Shown here: positions 28,007 through 37,231 of the stretch, piece after piece
How the letters are laid out: each line of letters begins with the position of its first letter
How positions within the stretch are numbered: position 1 is the first letter of the stretch
IMG/VR virus record: IMGVR_UViG_3300025120_014919
Location: 1 to 64,000 of that record
DNA length: 64,000 nt
From: a virus
Direction: 5' to 3' (one strand)
Notes under the pieces: generated by a model
Database searches by the model: none
The model's input: the letters and a program-made list of their open reading frames with translations, nothing else
Told to the model about the DNA's origin: nothing
Program-made: the position numbers and the translations under genes

Positions 28007-29808
28007 AATACGTAAGTTTTAGAGAACTAAAAATTAAAAACTTTCTTTCAATTGGTGAAGAAAACGTAGTTGTAAATTTTGAAAAAGGTTTACATATCGT
28101 AACTGGTATCAATAGAGATAAAGAAGATAGAAGAAATGGTGTCGGTAAAAGTACTATTGCTGATGCTTTATATTTTGCTATATTTGGTCAAACTTTAAGA
28201 GATTTAAAGAAAAATTTTATAGCTAATAATCTTACATCTGGTACTTGTGAGGTTCAATTATCTTTTACTATTGATGACCCTAAGCACGGGGTTAACGAAT
28301 TTGATATTATACGCACTTTAAACCCTAGTAAAGTATATGTATATAAAAACGGCAATGATAAGACTAGAGATAGTATATCAAATACAAATGAATATATTAA
28401 TACAATTTTATCTTCAACACCTGAAATTTTTCAAAACTGTGTTATTATGACTCTTAATAATCATGTACCTTTTATGGGCAAGAGTAAAACTGAAAAACGT
28501 AAGTTTATTGAGCAAATATTTAACTTAGAAATTTTTAGTAAGATGCTTGGTGAATTACGTAATGAACATAATGAGGTTAAACGTAATTTTGATATTGAAA
28601 TTACTAGACTAGAAGAAACTAATAATCATTTAAATACTCAGCAGCAGCAAGTTGATAACTTTGAAGAAAATAAAACACAAAGAGTTAATAGAATTGAAGA
28701 TCAGATTAGTAATAAAAATAATGACTTAAAAAATTATAAAGAAGAAAAAGATACAGTAGAATCTTTGGACGAAAAACCTTATGTAGAAAAATCTGATAAA
28801 CTAAATGATGAAATATTAGATTTAAATATTACTAAAAATGAAAAGTATGAAAAAATTGTACAATTAAAAACTAACTTAACTACAAATAAAAGCACATTAG
28901 CAAAAATTGGTACAGATGAAGCTACATGTCCTATGTGTTTAAGACCTTTAGAAGATCATGATAAAGATTTAATTGAAGAAGAAAAAAGAAAAATTGATGA
29001 GGTGTTAAATGATATTTTAAATGATATAAAAATTAATAAAGAAGATTATGAAAATACAGTTAAAGAAATTAATAGTTATTCTGTTGCAAAAACTAAAATA
29101 GATAATAAACTTTCAAGTATAAAAAATCAAAAAGATAATATTTCTTATCTAGAACGTAATATATATGAAATAGAAAATATTATTAAACAATATCAAACTG
29201 ATATTGATAATATTAAAAATGAAACTAATTCATTTGATGATCTAATAAATGATACAACTAATAAAATTAATGATATAAAGCAAGAAATTGATTCAATTAA
29301 GAAGGTTATTAATTTAATGGAAGTAGTTAAATTTGTTGTAAGTGAAGAAGGGGTTAAGAGTTTTATTGTTAAAAAAATATTATCACACTTTAATGGTAAA
29401 TTAACTCATTTTTTAAAGAAGTTAGATAGTAATTGTGTTTGCGTTTTTAATGAATATTTCGAAGAAGAAATAGTAAATGAAAAGGGAAAGATTTGTTTAT
29501 ATAATAACTTTTCGGGAGCTGAAAGAAAAGCTATTGACTTAGCTTGTTTATTTTCTTTTATGGATATGAGGAAGTCTCAAGGAGATGTGTACTATAATAT
29601 TAGTTTCTATGATGAACTATTCGATAGTAGTCTAGATGAAAAAGGTGTCGATTTAGTATTAGAGATATTAAATGAACGTGTTGAAAAATATAATGAGTGT
29701 GTAATGGTTATCAGCCATAGAAAAGAAAGCATTAAATCTGCTAATGGAGATGTAATATTTTTAGAGAAGCATAATGGTATAACTAAACGGGTTAATTTCG
29801 TTGACTAA
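28003..29808 (+). CDS. gp46: Rad50/SbcC-like ATPase gp46
   Basis: KNFLSIG, NGVGKST, CPMC hook, FSGAE, DELFDSSLD, ISH. Confidence 0.92.
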   Translation: MKYVSFRELKIKNFLSIGEENVVVNFEKGLHIVTGINRDKEDRRNGVGKSTIADALYFAIFGQTLRDLKKNFIANNLTSGTCEVQLSFTIDDPKHGVNEFDIIRTLNPSKVYVYKNGNDKTRDSISNTNEYINTILSSTPEIFQNCVIMTLNNHVPFMGKSKTEKRKFIEQIFNLEIFSKMLGELRNEHNEVKRNFDIEITRLEETNNHLNTQQQQVDNFEENKTQRVNRIEDQISNKNNDLKNYKEEKDTVESLDEKPYVEKSDKLNDEILDLNITKNEKYEKIVQLKTNLTTNKSTLAKIGTDEATCPMCLRPLEDHDKDLIEEEKRKIDEVLNDILNDIKINKEDYENTVKEINSYSVAKTKIDNKLSSIKNQKDNISYLERNIYEIENIIKQYQTDIDNIKNETNSFDDLINDTTNKINDIKQEIDSIKKVINLMEVVKFVVSEEGVKSFIVKKILSHFNGKLTHFLKKLDSNCVCVFNEYFEEEIVNEKGKICLYNNFSGAERKAIDLACLFSFMDMRKSQGDVYYNISFYDELFDSSLDEKGVDLVLEILNERVEKYNECVMVISHRKESIKSANGDVIFLEKHNGITKRVNFVD

Positions 29809-29835
29809 CCAAAAAAATTAATTAACTATATACAT

Positions 29836-31047
29836 ATGATGATCGGTCAAAACCTCCCGTTTAAACAAAATAGCCCTTTTGGTATTACACCATTTAAAAC
29901 ACCTGTAAGTCCTGAACCCTCGAAAGAAGCGCCTAAAGCGCCAGAGGAAGGTTTACCTAGATTTTTGAATTATTATGCAGATTATTCTGGTTGCGGTCAT
30001 TGGAGAATGATATGGCCTGAACAAGTAATGAATGCTCATAATAAAGCAGTGGTTCATGGTACAACCGTTATGAATTTAGATGAACGCTATTATGGTCAAG
30101 TTAAAGGTGTACGGATTCAAAGACAAGCCACTCCACAACAATTACAATTTGTTAGATGGTTAAGAAGCTTAGCCGATAAAAATAATTTCAGACTAATATA
30201 TGAAATTGATGATATATGTTTTGGTGAAGATATACCCGATTATAATAAATATAAAACAGCATTTACCGATCCGGAAATAAGAAAATCATCTCAAGAAATG
30301 ATGGCAATGTGTGATGAAATTACAGTTACATGCCCTTTCATGCGAGATTATTATAAAGAAAAAACAGGTAATCAAAATGTAACAGTCTTACCTAATTTTA
30401 TGCCAAAATTTTGGTTAGATAGATTTTATGATGCAAGTCGTACAATGGACAGTTATGATAAAAATAAAAAGAAACCTAGAATATTATATGCTGGTTCTGG
30501 GGCTCATTTTGACGTTGAGCAAAGAGTTAAATTTAAAGATGATTTTTACCATGTAAATGAAGTAATAAGAAAAACAGTTGACAAGTATCAATGGGTTTTT
30601 CTTGGAGCTCACCCATTACCGATAATTGATTTAGTTCGCTCCGGTAAAGTAGAATTCCATCCATGGAAAAAATTGTATGAATATGGTCAAGGCCTCTACG
30701 ATCTGAACGTAAATATGGTAGTAGCTCCCTTAATGGATAATACTTTTAATAGAGCTAAATCAGATTTAAAATACATTGAAGCATGTGCTTTAGGTTTACC
30801 AATTGCGTGTCAAGATTTATGCACATATGAAAATGCACCTATTAAGTTTATAACCGGTGATCAAATGATTGCACAGATTGAAAAAACGTTAAGTGATAGA
30901 AAATATTATAAGGCTATTTGTAAGAAGAGTAGACAGTATGCAGAGACAAGATGGTTAGAAGACGATAGAAACATAGATTGCTATACTGAATTATATCAAT
31001 ATAATGTAGGTGATCCTAAAAGGGTGAATTTAGGTAGATATAATTAG
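29836..31047 (+). CDS. GT-B (GT4-like) glycosyltransferase
   Basis: SGCGHWRM, YEIDD, VLPN, APL.DN.FNRAKSDLKYIE. Confidence 0.75.
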   Translation: MMIGQNLPFKQNSPFGITPFKTPVSPEPSKEAPKAPEEGLPRFLNYYADYSGCGHWRMIWPEQVMNAHNKAVVHGTTVMNLDERYYGQVKGVRIQRQATPQQLQFVRWLRSLADKNNFRLIYEIDDICFGEDIPDYNKYKTAFTDPEIRKSSQEMMAMCDEITVTCPFMRDYYKEKTGNQNVTVLPNFMPKFWLDRFYDASRTMDSYDKNKKKPRILYAGSGAHFDVEQRVKFKDDFYHVNEVIRKTVDKYQWVFLGAHPLPIIDLVRSGKVEFHPWKKLYEYGQGLYDLNVNMVVAPLMDNTFNRAKSDLKYIEACALGLPIACQDLCTYENAPIKFITGDQMIAQIEKTLSDRKYYKAICKKSRQYAETRWLEDDRNIDCYTELYQYNVGDPKRVNLGRYN

Positions 31048-31068
31048 GAACTGATATATAATTAATGG

Positions 31069-33630
31069 GTGAGTTATCGTAATATATACTATGATCCCCG
31101 AGAAAGATGTATCAATTTATTTACTTGGGATACCGATGGTAAAAGAATTAAAGTAACTACGTCTTACGACCCATATCTTTACGTTGAAGGTAAAGGTGAT
31201 TATGAATCTATATTTGGTACTAAATTAGTTAAGAAGAGTTTTAGGACTCAGTATGATCGATTCAAGTATATTAAAGATACTGGTATTAAAAGAGTATTTG
31301 AAAATCAGCCAGCTGTTCAGCAGTACCTAATTGATACTTTTTGGAAGGTCAACGAAACGACTGAATTTAGTAAGAATCCTATTAAAGTAATGTTTTTGGA
31401 TATTGAAACTTATTCACCAGATGAGTTTCCTAATCCTCAAGACCCCACTCATACCTGTAATGTTATTACTTGCTTCGATTCATTAAATCGTCAATATCAT
31501 ACATTTGGTTTAGGTGAGTATAATAATAAAGATAAAGATGTAACATATGTTAATTGCTCTTCAGAGAGGGAGTTATTCATGAAGTTTATTGAGTATGTTG
31601 AAAAGGATTACCCTGATATTATGTCAGGTTGGAATAGTGAGTTTTTTGATTTACCATATATCTTAAATAGATGCACACGTATACTTGGCGAGGAATGGAC
31701 TAATAGAATATCACCTTCTGGTAAGGTTTATAGTAGAACGATACGTGGTCAGTTCGGTCAAGAACAACAACGTTGGTATGTTGAAGGTATTTCATTAATT
31801 GACTATTTAGATGTATATAAACGTTTTTCGGTTGGAGTCAAAGAAAGTTATAAACTTGATGCTATTGGTGAGGCTGAGCTAGGTGAGAAGAAAGTAGATT
31901 TTGGTAATATGAATCTTGCTACTCTTGCTGATACTGATTGGCAAACGTTTGTTGAATATAATATTCAGGACGTTAGACTGCTAACCAATTTAGAAGATAA
32001 ACTAAAATATACAGAACTAATTAAGATGTTAGCTTACGTTGGCTTGACTACCTTCGAAGCTGCTATGGGATCCCTTTCGGTGATCAACGGTGCAACAGCT
32101 GTTATATCAAGGAAGCGTGGTCAGTGTGTACCTTCGTTTATTAGGAATGCTGATACCGGTAAGAACCCTGGAGCATTTGTTGGAGAGCCTTTGAAAGGTT
32201 TTCAAGAAAATATTATATCGTTTGATGCTAATTCTCTATACCCGAATGTGATGATATCTCTTAATATGTCTCCAGAAACGAAAGTGGGTAAAATTGAAGA
32301 TAAAAATAATAATGAAATAGTCATACGACACGCAAATGGTAAAGTGTTTACTTTAACCCATGAAAAGTTTTTAAAGTTCTGTAAAAAGGAAGAGATAGCT
32401 ATTAGTAAAGCTAACGTGTTATTTACACAAAGGTTTAAAGGTGTAATGCCTGAAATTTTAGATTATTATTATGATAAAAGAGTCGTTGTTAAAACTAAAC
32501 TTGGTAAACTTAAAAGAGAATATTCAAAGAGTAAGGTTAAGAGTAAGGATCTTAAATTTGAAATCGATCAATTAGATGCTAAGCAATTATGTATTAAAGT
32601 TTTAATTAATTCAATTTATGGTTATTTTGGTAATAAGCATGCACCTTTTGGGGATGATGATATTGCAGCTTCAATTACTTTAACCGGTCAGGCAGTTATT
32701 AAACAATCTAACGAATTGCTTAAAAGGTACATTAAAGAAAAAGCTAATATTGAAGATGAAAAAACTCTTAATGATTGTATCATATATAATGATACTGATA
32801 GTAGTTATATTTCAGTTAAACCTTTAGTTAAAGCAGGTCTAACTTTTACCGATGAAAATGGTAAATTAACTCAAGCATTTCATGATGAGGTACAAAATAT
32901 TGAAGACTTTTTAAATGATGAAATTAAAGTATGGGGTGGTAAAAACTTAAATTCTAAAGACTGTAGATTTATCTTTAAACGTGAAGTAATTGCTGATACA
33001 GGTATATTCTTACAGAAGAAACGTTACGTTATGCATATTTTAGATGATGAGGGTATACCGATGGATAAGTATAAGTATACCGGGGTAGAAGTTGTAAGAA
33101 GTACAATGCCAGATGCTATTAAACCCCATGTTAAAGATATTATTGAAACGATGTTATCTACTCAAAGTCTTGCTGAAACGAATGCCGTGTTAGATAAAGT
33201 TTATAAAATATTCATTGACTTACCAGTTGAAGATATAACGTTTGTTTCCGGGTTAAAAGGTTATGAAAAATATGCTGGTCAATGTGATGATTGGAAGACT
33301 GCAAAAGGCATGCCTATCCACGTTAAAGCTGCTTATTATCATAATATGTTACTTAAAAAATTTAATATTGAAAAGGAATATGAAACTATTAGTTCTGGTG
33401 ATAAGGTTAGATACTTTTATTTACAGCAGCCTAACCCTTACAACCTACCAAGTTTAGCATACAAGTATTATTACCCGGAAGAGTTTAAAAAGATATTTCA
33501 CGTTGACTATGATAAAATGTTTGAAAAAAATCTTTATGCAGTTATTGAGAGATTTTATGATAATGTTAAATGGGCTATTCAAAAGCCTGGTAATGCGGTT
33601 CAAACAAACTTATTTGATCTTTTATGTTGA
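31069..33630 (+). CDS. gp43: Family B DNA polymerase gp43
   Basis: DIET exonuclease, SGWNSEFFD, YNIQD, FDANSLYP, K...NSIYG, YNDTDS, KKRY. Confidence 0.96.
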   Translation: MSYRNIYYDPRERCINLFTWDTDGKRIKVTTSYDPYLYVEGKGDYESIFGTKLVKKSFRTQYDRFKYIKDTGIKRVFENQPAVQQYLIDTFWKVNETTEFSKNPIKVMFLDIETYSPDEFPNPQDPTHTCNVITCFDSLNRQYHTFGLGEYNNKDKDVTYVNCSSERELFMKFIEYVEKDYPDIMSGWNSEFFDLPYILNRCTRILGEEWTNRISPSGKVYSRTIRGQFGQEQQRWYVEGISLIDYLDVYKRFSVGVKESYKLDAIGEAELGEKKVDFGNMNLATLADTDWQTFVEYNIQDVRLLTNLEDKLKYTELIKMLAYVGLTTFEAAMGSLSVINGATAVISRKRGQCVPSFIRNADTGKNPGAFVGEPLKGFQENIISFDANSLYPNVMISLNMSPETKVGKIEDKNNNEIVIRHANGKVFTLTHEKFLKFCKKEEIAISKANVLFTQRFKGVMPEILDYYYDKRVVVKTKLGKLKREYSKSKVKSKDLKFEIDQLDAKQLCIKVLINSIYGYFGNKHAPFGDDDIAASITLTGQAVIKQSNELLKRYIKEKANIEDEKTLNDCIIYNDTDSSYISVKPLVKAGLTFTDENGKLTQAFHDEVQNIEDFLNDEIKVWGGKNLNSKDCRFIFKREVIADTGIFLQKKRYVMHILDDEGIPMDKYKYTGVEVVRSTMPDAIKPHVKDIIETMLSTQSLAETNAVLDKVYKIFIDLPVEDITFVSGLKGYEKYAGQCDDWKTAKGMPIHVKAAYYHNMLLKKFNIEKEYETISSGDKVRYFYLQQPNPYNLPSLAYKYYYPEEFKKIFHVDYDKMFEKNLYAVIERFYDNVKWAIQKPGNAVQTNLFDLLC

Positions 33631-33659
33631 TTTATACGGTCATTAACTCATAATAAGAT

Positions 33660-34085
33660 ATGAAAATATTAATTTTTGGGTTACCTGGAAGCGGGAAATC
33701 TACATTAGCTGAACAACTATGTAGACATTTAAATGGAGTATGGCTTAACGCTGATAAAATTCGTGAGGAATATAATGATTGGGACTTCTCAATGGATGGT
33801 AGAATTAGACAAGCAAACCGAATGAGATTTTTATCTGACGGAGTTGTAAAAGCTGGTAAAATTTCATTAGCTGATTTTGTTTGTCCGACTGAAAGAGCAC
33901 GTACTGAATTTGATGCTGATTTTACTATATGGATGCAAACAATAAAAGAAGGTCGATTTGAAGACACAAATAGAATATTTGAAATTCCTACTAGCTATGA
34001 TTATGTGGTTAAAGAGTGGTCAAAAGATACCCATGCAAAAATTGTACCTTTAATAAATGAATGGATAGAAAAAAATAATGTTTAA
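33660..34085 (+). CDS. cysC: Adenylylsulfate-kinase-like P-loop kinase (short)
   Basis: GLPGSGKSTLA, LNAD.IR, DFS..GR.RQ, DFVCP. Confidence 0.7.
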   Translation: MKILIFGLPGSGKSTLAEQLCRHLNGVWLNADKIREEYNDWDFSMDGRIRQANRMRFLSDGVVKAGKISLADFVCPTERARTEFDADFTIWMQTIKEGRFEDTNRIFEIPTSYDYVVKEWSKDTHAKIVPLINEWIEKNNV

Positions 34086-34449
34086 TAATCAAAAACCAAC
34101 AGTACAAATGTTAGGTAGGTGGCAACCTTGGCATAAAGGTCACACAGAATTATTTAAAAGAGCTTTGCAAAAAACTGGTCAAGTTGCTATAATGGTTAGG
34201 GATTTAGATGGAGAAGATAACCCATTCGACCATGCTAATGTATATGAAAATATTATTCAAGGTTTATCTAAAGAAGGCTTTACACATAAAAGAGAATATA
34301 CTATTATTACAGTACCAAATATAGTTGATATAAGCTATGGTAGAGGGGTAGGTTATACTTTTACTGAGCATGATTTAGGAAAAGATGTACATAACATTAG
34401 TGCTACGAAAATAAGAAAAAAATTAAGAGAAGAAGGTAAATTAAGTTGA
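34078..34449 (+). CDS. Small HxGH nucleotidyltransferase
   Basis: GRWQPWHKGH, NPF, ISATKIR. Confidence 0.8.
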   Translation: MFNNQKPTVQMLGRWQPWHKGHTELFKRALQKTGQVAIMVRDLDGEDNPFDHANVYENIIQGLSKEGFTHKREYTIITVPNIVDISYGRGVGYTFTEHDLGKDVHNISATKIRKKLREEGKLS

Positions 34450-34479
34450 TTTACGTTTAACAGTTATTAAAATATATGT

Positions 34480-34860
34480 ATGTCAGATATAAATTATACT
34501 ACGTTCATCGATAATGCAGGCCGTGCCATTTTTGGAGCGGTAGAAGAAGAAACACAGGATACAATTAAGGTAAAAAACCCCGTAATGATTGCTGTTAACC
34601 AACAACAAAATGGTCAAATGGCGGTACAGCTATTTCCAATCTTTTTTCAAGAATTTGTTGTTGAAAGTGATAATACGAATCGTTCTAACTTCTTTACATA
34701 TACAAAGAATAATATTGCTTTAGGTTCAAATTTTGAAGTTGAACCTCGTATTGTAGATCAATACCAACGTATTGTTAATCCACAATTAGTTGCAGCTGAT
34801 AGCGGAGATTCTTCTGAGGAACCAGAAGTTATAAAGTTATTCGACGAAGAAGAAAAGTAA
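34480..34860 (+). CDS. Hypothetical protein (possible Sm-like fold)
   Basis: Own promoter TTGATT-N16-TAAAAT-N6-ATG; IFG.V..E..D.I.VKNP pattern. Confidence 0.6.
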   Translation: MSDINYTTFIDNAGRAIFGAVEEETQDTIKVKNPVMIAVNQQQNGQMAVQLFPIFFQEFVVESDNTNRSNFFTYTKNNIALGSNFEVEPRIVDQYQRIVNPQLVAADSGDSSEEPEVIKLFDEEEK

Positions 34861-34881
34861 AAATATAAAAACCAAAAAAAT

Positions 34882-34915
34882 AACCTCTCATATATTTTGT
34901 TATATATGAGAGGTT
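34882..34915. promoter_or_regulatory. 14-bp perfect hairpin (minus-strand terminator and/or RBS-occluding stem)
   Basis: aacctctcatatat-tttgtt-atatatgagaggtt; A-run 34874-34880; GAGAGG in 3' arm 9 nt before ATG 34923. Confidence 0.7.
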
Positions 34916-34922
34916 CCTATGT

Positions 34923-35147
34923 ATGACGCCGCAAGAAATATTTGATTATAAATTAGGATGGAAATCTTATTCATTCTCTGTACCGTTTCATTCAGACTGG
35001 GAAATGGAGTATGTAGATTATTGCAAAAAAAATTTTAATAAATGGCAATGGGATACACTTAAGTGGTCAAATGTATATGAGCATACAATGCTATTTGAAA
35101 AAATAAAAGATGCTGATAAGTTTAAAGAATTTATTGATAAACGATAA
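34923..35147 (+). CDS. Small Trp-rich hypothetical protein
   Basis: 74-aa ORF MTPQEIFDYK..W. Confidence 0.65.
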   Translation: MTPQEIFDYKLGWKSYSFSVPFHSDWEMEYVDYCKKNFNKWQWDTLKWSNVYEHTMLFEKIKDADKFKEFIDKR

Positions 35148-35168
35148 TCATATACTATAATAGTATAT

Positions 35169-36269
35169 ATGAGTAAAGAAATTGATGATATTTTATCTGT
35201 AATTGATAAATCTAATCCATATGCATCTTTCTTAAATGAAAGTGCTATTAGTAATGTAGATGGTTGGTTAGATACTGGGTCGATGGTACTTAATGGTATT
35301 GTATCTGGTTCATTATTCGGTGGTATACCGAGAAATAGAATGACCTTATTGGCTGGTCCAAGTATGACCGGTAAGAGTTTTATTTTGCAGAAGATTCTAG
35401 CTAATGCTCAAAAGGAAGGTTTAATACCAGTTATATTTGATAGTGAAAATGCTATTGATAAAGATGGGGCTGAAGCTTTAGGTTTAGATGTTAGTAAAGT
35501 AAAATATGTACCTGTTTTCAGTATTGAAGAATGTCGTAATACTATTTTTGACTTCTTAACTAAAGTAAAGGAAAATGGTCAAGAAGGTAAATTTATTATA
35601 GCTATTGATTCATTAGGTAATATGGAAAGTCAATTGCAGATTAATCGTCAGACAAAGGGGAATGTTAGTGCTGATATGGGTAGTAGAGCTAAAGCTATGA
35701 AATCTTTATTACGTACTTTAACTCAATTATCAGGATTAACTAAAACTACTATTTTAGCTACTAATCATATCTATGAAGATCCAGCTGCATTATTTCCTTC
35801 TTTAGTTAAAGCAATGCCAGGTGGTACTGCTACTGTTTATTTACCTTCAGTTACTATTCAATTAGCTCGTAAGCCAGTTAAAGAAGATAAAAATACGGAT
35901 GGTAAGTTAGCTGTAGGTCAGAAGAATTATTCAGGTGTTATTCTTAGAGCATTAACGGTAAAAAATAGATTCGTTAAGCAATATTTACAAGGTGAAATGT
36001 ATCTATCTTTTGATAAAGGTTTAAACAAATATTATGGGTTATTAGATCTTGCAGTAGGTTTAGGAGCAGTAATACAAACTGGTTCTACTTATACATTACC
36101 AGATGGTAAGAAACTTGGTTATTATAGTAAATGGAAAGACGATACAGAATTGTGGGATAATACTATTATACCCGTAGTAGAAGAGAAAATTAAACAAGAA
36201 TGGAAGTATAGTAATAAATCTGATGAAGATGAAATTATACCAGACGAAGTAGTAGAAGAAGATGAATAA
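35169..36269 (+). CDS. uvsX: RecA-like recombinase UvsX
   Basis: DTGS..LNGIVSGSLFGG, GPSMTGKS, FDSENA, DSLGN, DMG.RAK. Confidence 0.93.
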   Translation: MSKEIDDILSVIDKSNPYASFLNESAISNVDGWLDTGSMVLNGIVSGSLFGGIPRNRMTLLAGPSMTGKSFILQKILANAQKEGLIPVIFDSENAIDKDGAEALGLDVSKVKYVPVFSIEECRNTIFDFLTKVKENGQEGKFIIAIDSLGNMESQLQINRQTKGNVSADMGSRAKAMKSLLRTLTQLSGLTKTTILATNHIYEDPAALFPSLVKAMPGGTATVYLPSVTIQLARKPVKEDKNTDGKLAVGQKNYSGVILRALTVKNRFVKQYLQGEMYLSFDKGLNKYYGLLDLAVGLGAVIQTGSTYTLPDGKKLGYYSKWKDDTELWDNTIIPVVEEKIKQEWKYSNKSDEDEIIPDEVVEEDE

Positions 36270-36477
36270 AATTATAACAGCCCAATGGTGCGGGCCATGT
36301 AACGCATTAAAAGATGAAATAAAAAATGCTAAAATTGAAGTAGAGTATATCGATGCTGATGACAATATGGATTTTTGTAACAAGCTTGGTATTAAATCTA
36401 TACCAACTTTAATCACTAGTGAAAAAGAAATTATTACTTCTTATCCAGAGATTCTCAAAAAATTGAATATATTATAA
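36262..36477 (+). CDS. Thioredoxin/glutaredoxin
   Basis: WCGPC, GIKSIPTL. Confidence 0.85.
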   Translation: MNKIITAQWCGPCNALKDEIKNAKIEVEYIDADDNMDFCNKLGIKSIPTLITSEKEIITSYPEILKKLNIL

Positions 36478-36481
36478 TAAT

Positions 36482-37231
36482 ATGGTTAAAAAGAATAAAA
36501 TAGTAATTACGCTTAGCGGTGGTATGGATTCATCTGTTTTACTTTATAAAGCAGCTGAACAATATAAAGAAGTACACACCGTAACTTTCAATTATGGTCA
36601 ACGTCATAGTAAAGAGTTAGAAGCAGCTGAAAAGCAATTAGTAAATGCTAAGCATGACTTCCCTAACGTTACATTTACCAATAAATTATTAGACGTTACT
36701 TATATTAAGGATATAGCTGATACATCTTCCCTTACTAATGATAATATAGATACACCTGATGTAAAAGATATAATGGGTGAGGCTCAACCTAAATCATATG
36801 TACCATTCCGTAATTTAATGTTTTTGAGCATATTATTATCATATGCAGAAAAAATGGAAGCCGATGAAGTATGGTACGGTGCAGCAGAAGCAGATAGTTT
36901 AGCAGGTTATTGGGATGGTTCAGTACAGTTTGTCGATAAGATGAATCAGATTTGCTTGCTAAACCGTGAAGTAGATGTTAGAGTAAGGGCTCCCCTACTA
37001 AAAATGAGTAAAAAAGAGATTATTTTGAATGGAGTAGAGATTGGAGTCAATTTTGCTGATACATATACTTGTTATTCTGGGGAATATCCATGCGATGCAA
37101 ATAGCGCAAGTAGTGCTCTAAGATTAAAAGGGTTTGTAGACGCGGGACTACAAGATCCATTACGTTATAAACAGCAAGATAAGTTAGATTCAGTTTATAG
37201 AGATAATAATTGTAAATCTATATTAGATTAA
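36482..37231 (+). CDS. queC: 7-cyano-7-deazaguanine synthase
   Basis: LSGGMDS, FNYGQRH..E, YVPFRNLMFLS, YWD, PLL..SK, TYTCY. Confidence 0.92.
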   Translation: MVKKNKIVITLSGGMDSSVLLYKAAEQYKEVHTVTFNYGQRHSKELEAAEKQLVNAKHDFPNVTFTNKLLDVTYIKDIADTSSLTNDNIDTPDVKDIMGEAQPKSYVPFRNLMFLSILLSYAEKMEADEVWYGAAEADSLAGYWDGSVQFVDKMNQICLLNREVDVRVRAPLLKMSKKEIILNGVEIGVNFADTYTCYSGEYPCDANSASSALRLKGFVDAGLQDPLRYKQQDKLDSVYRDNNCKSILD

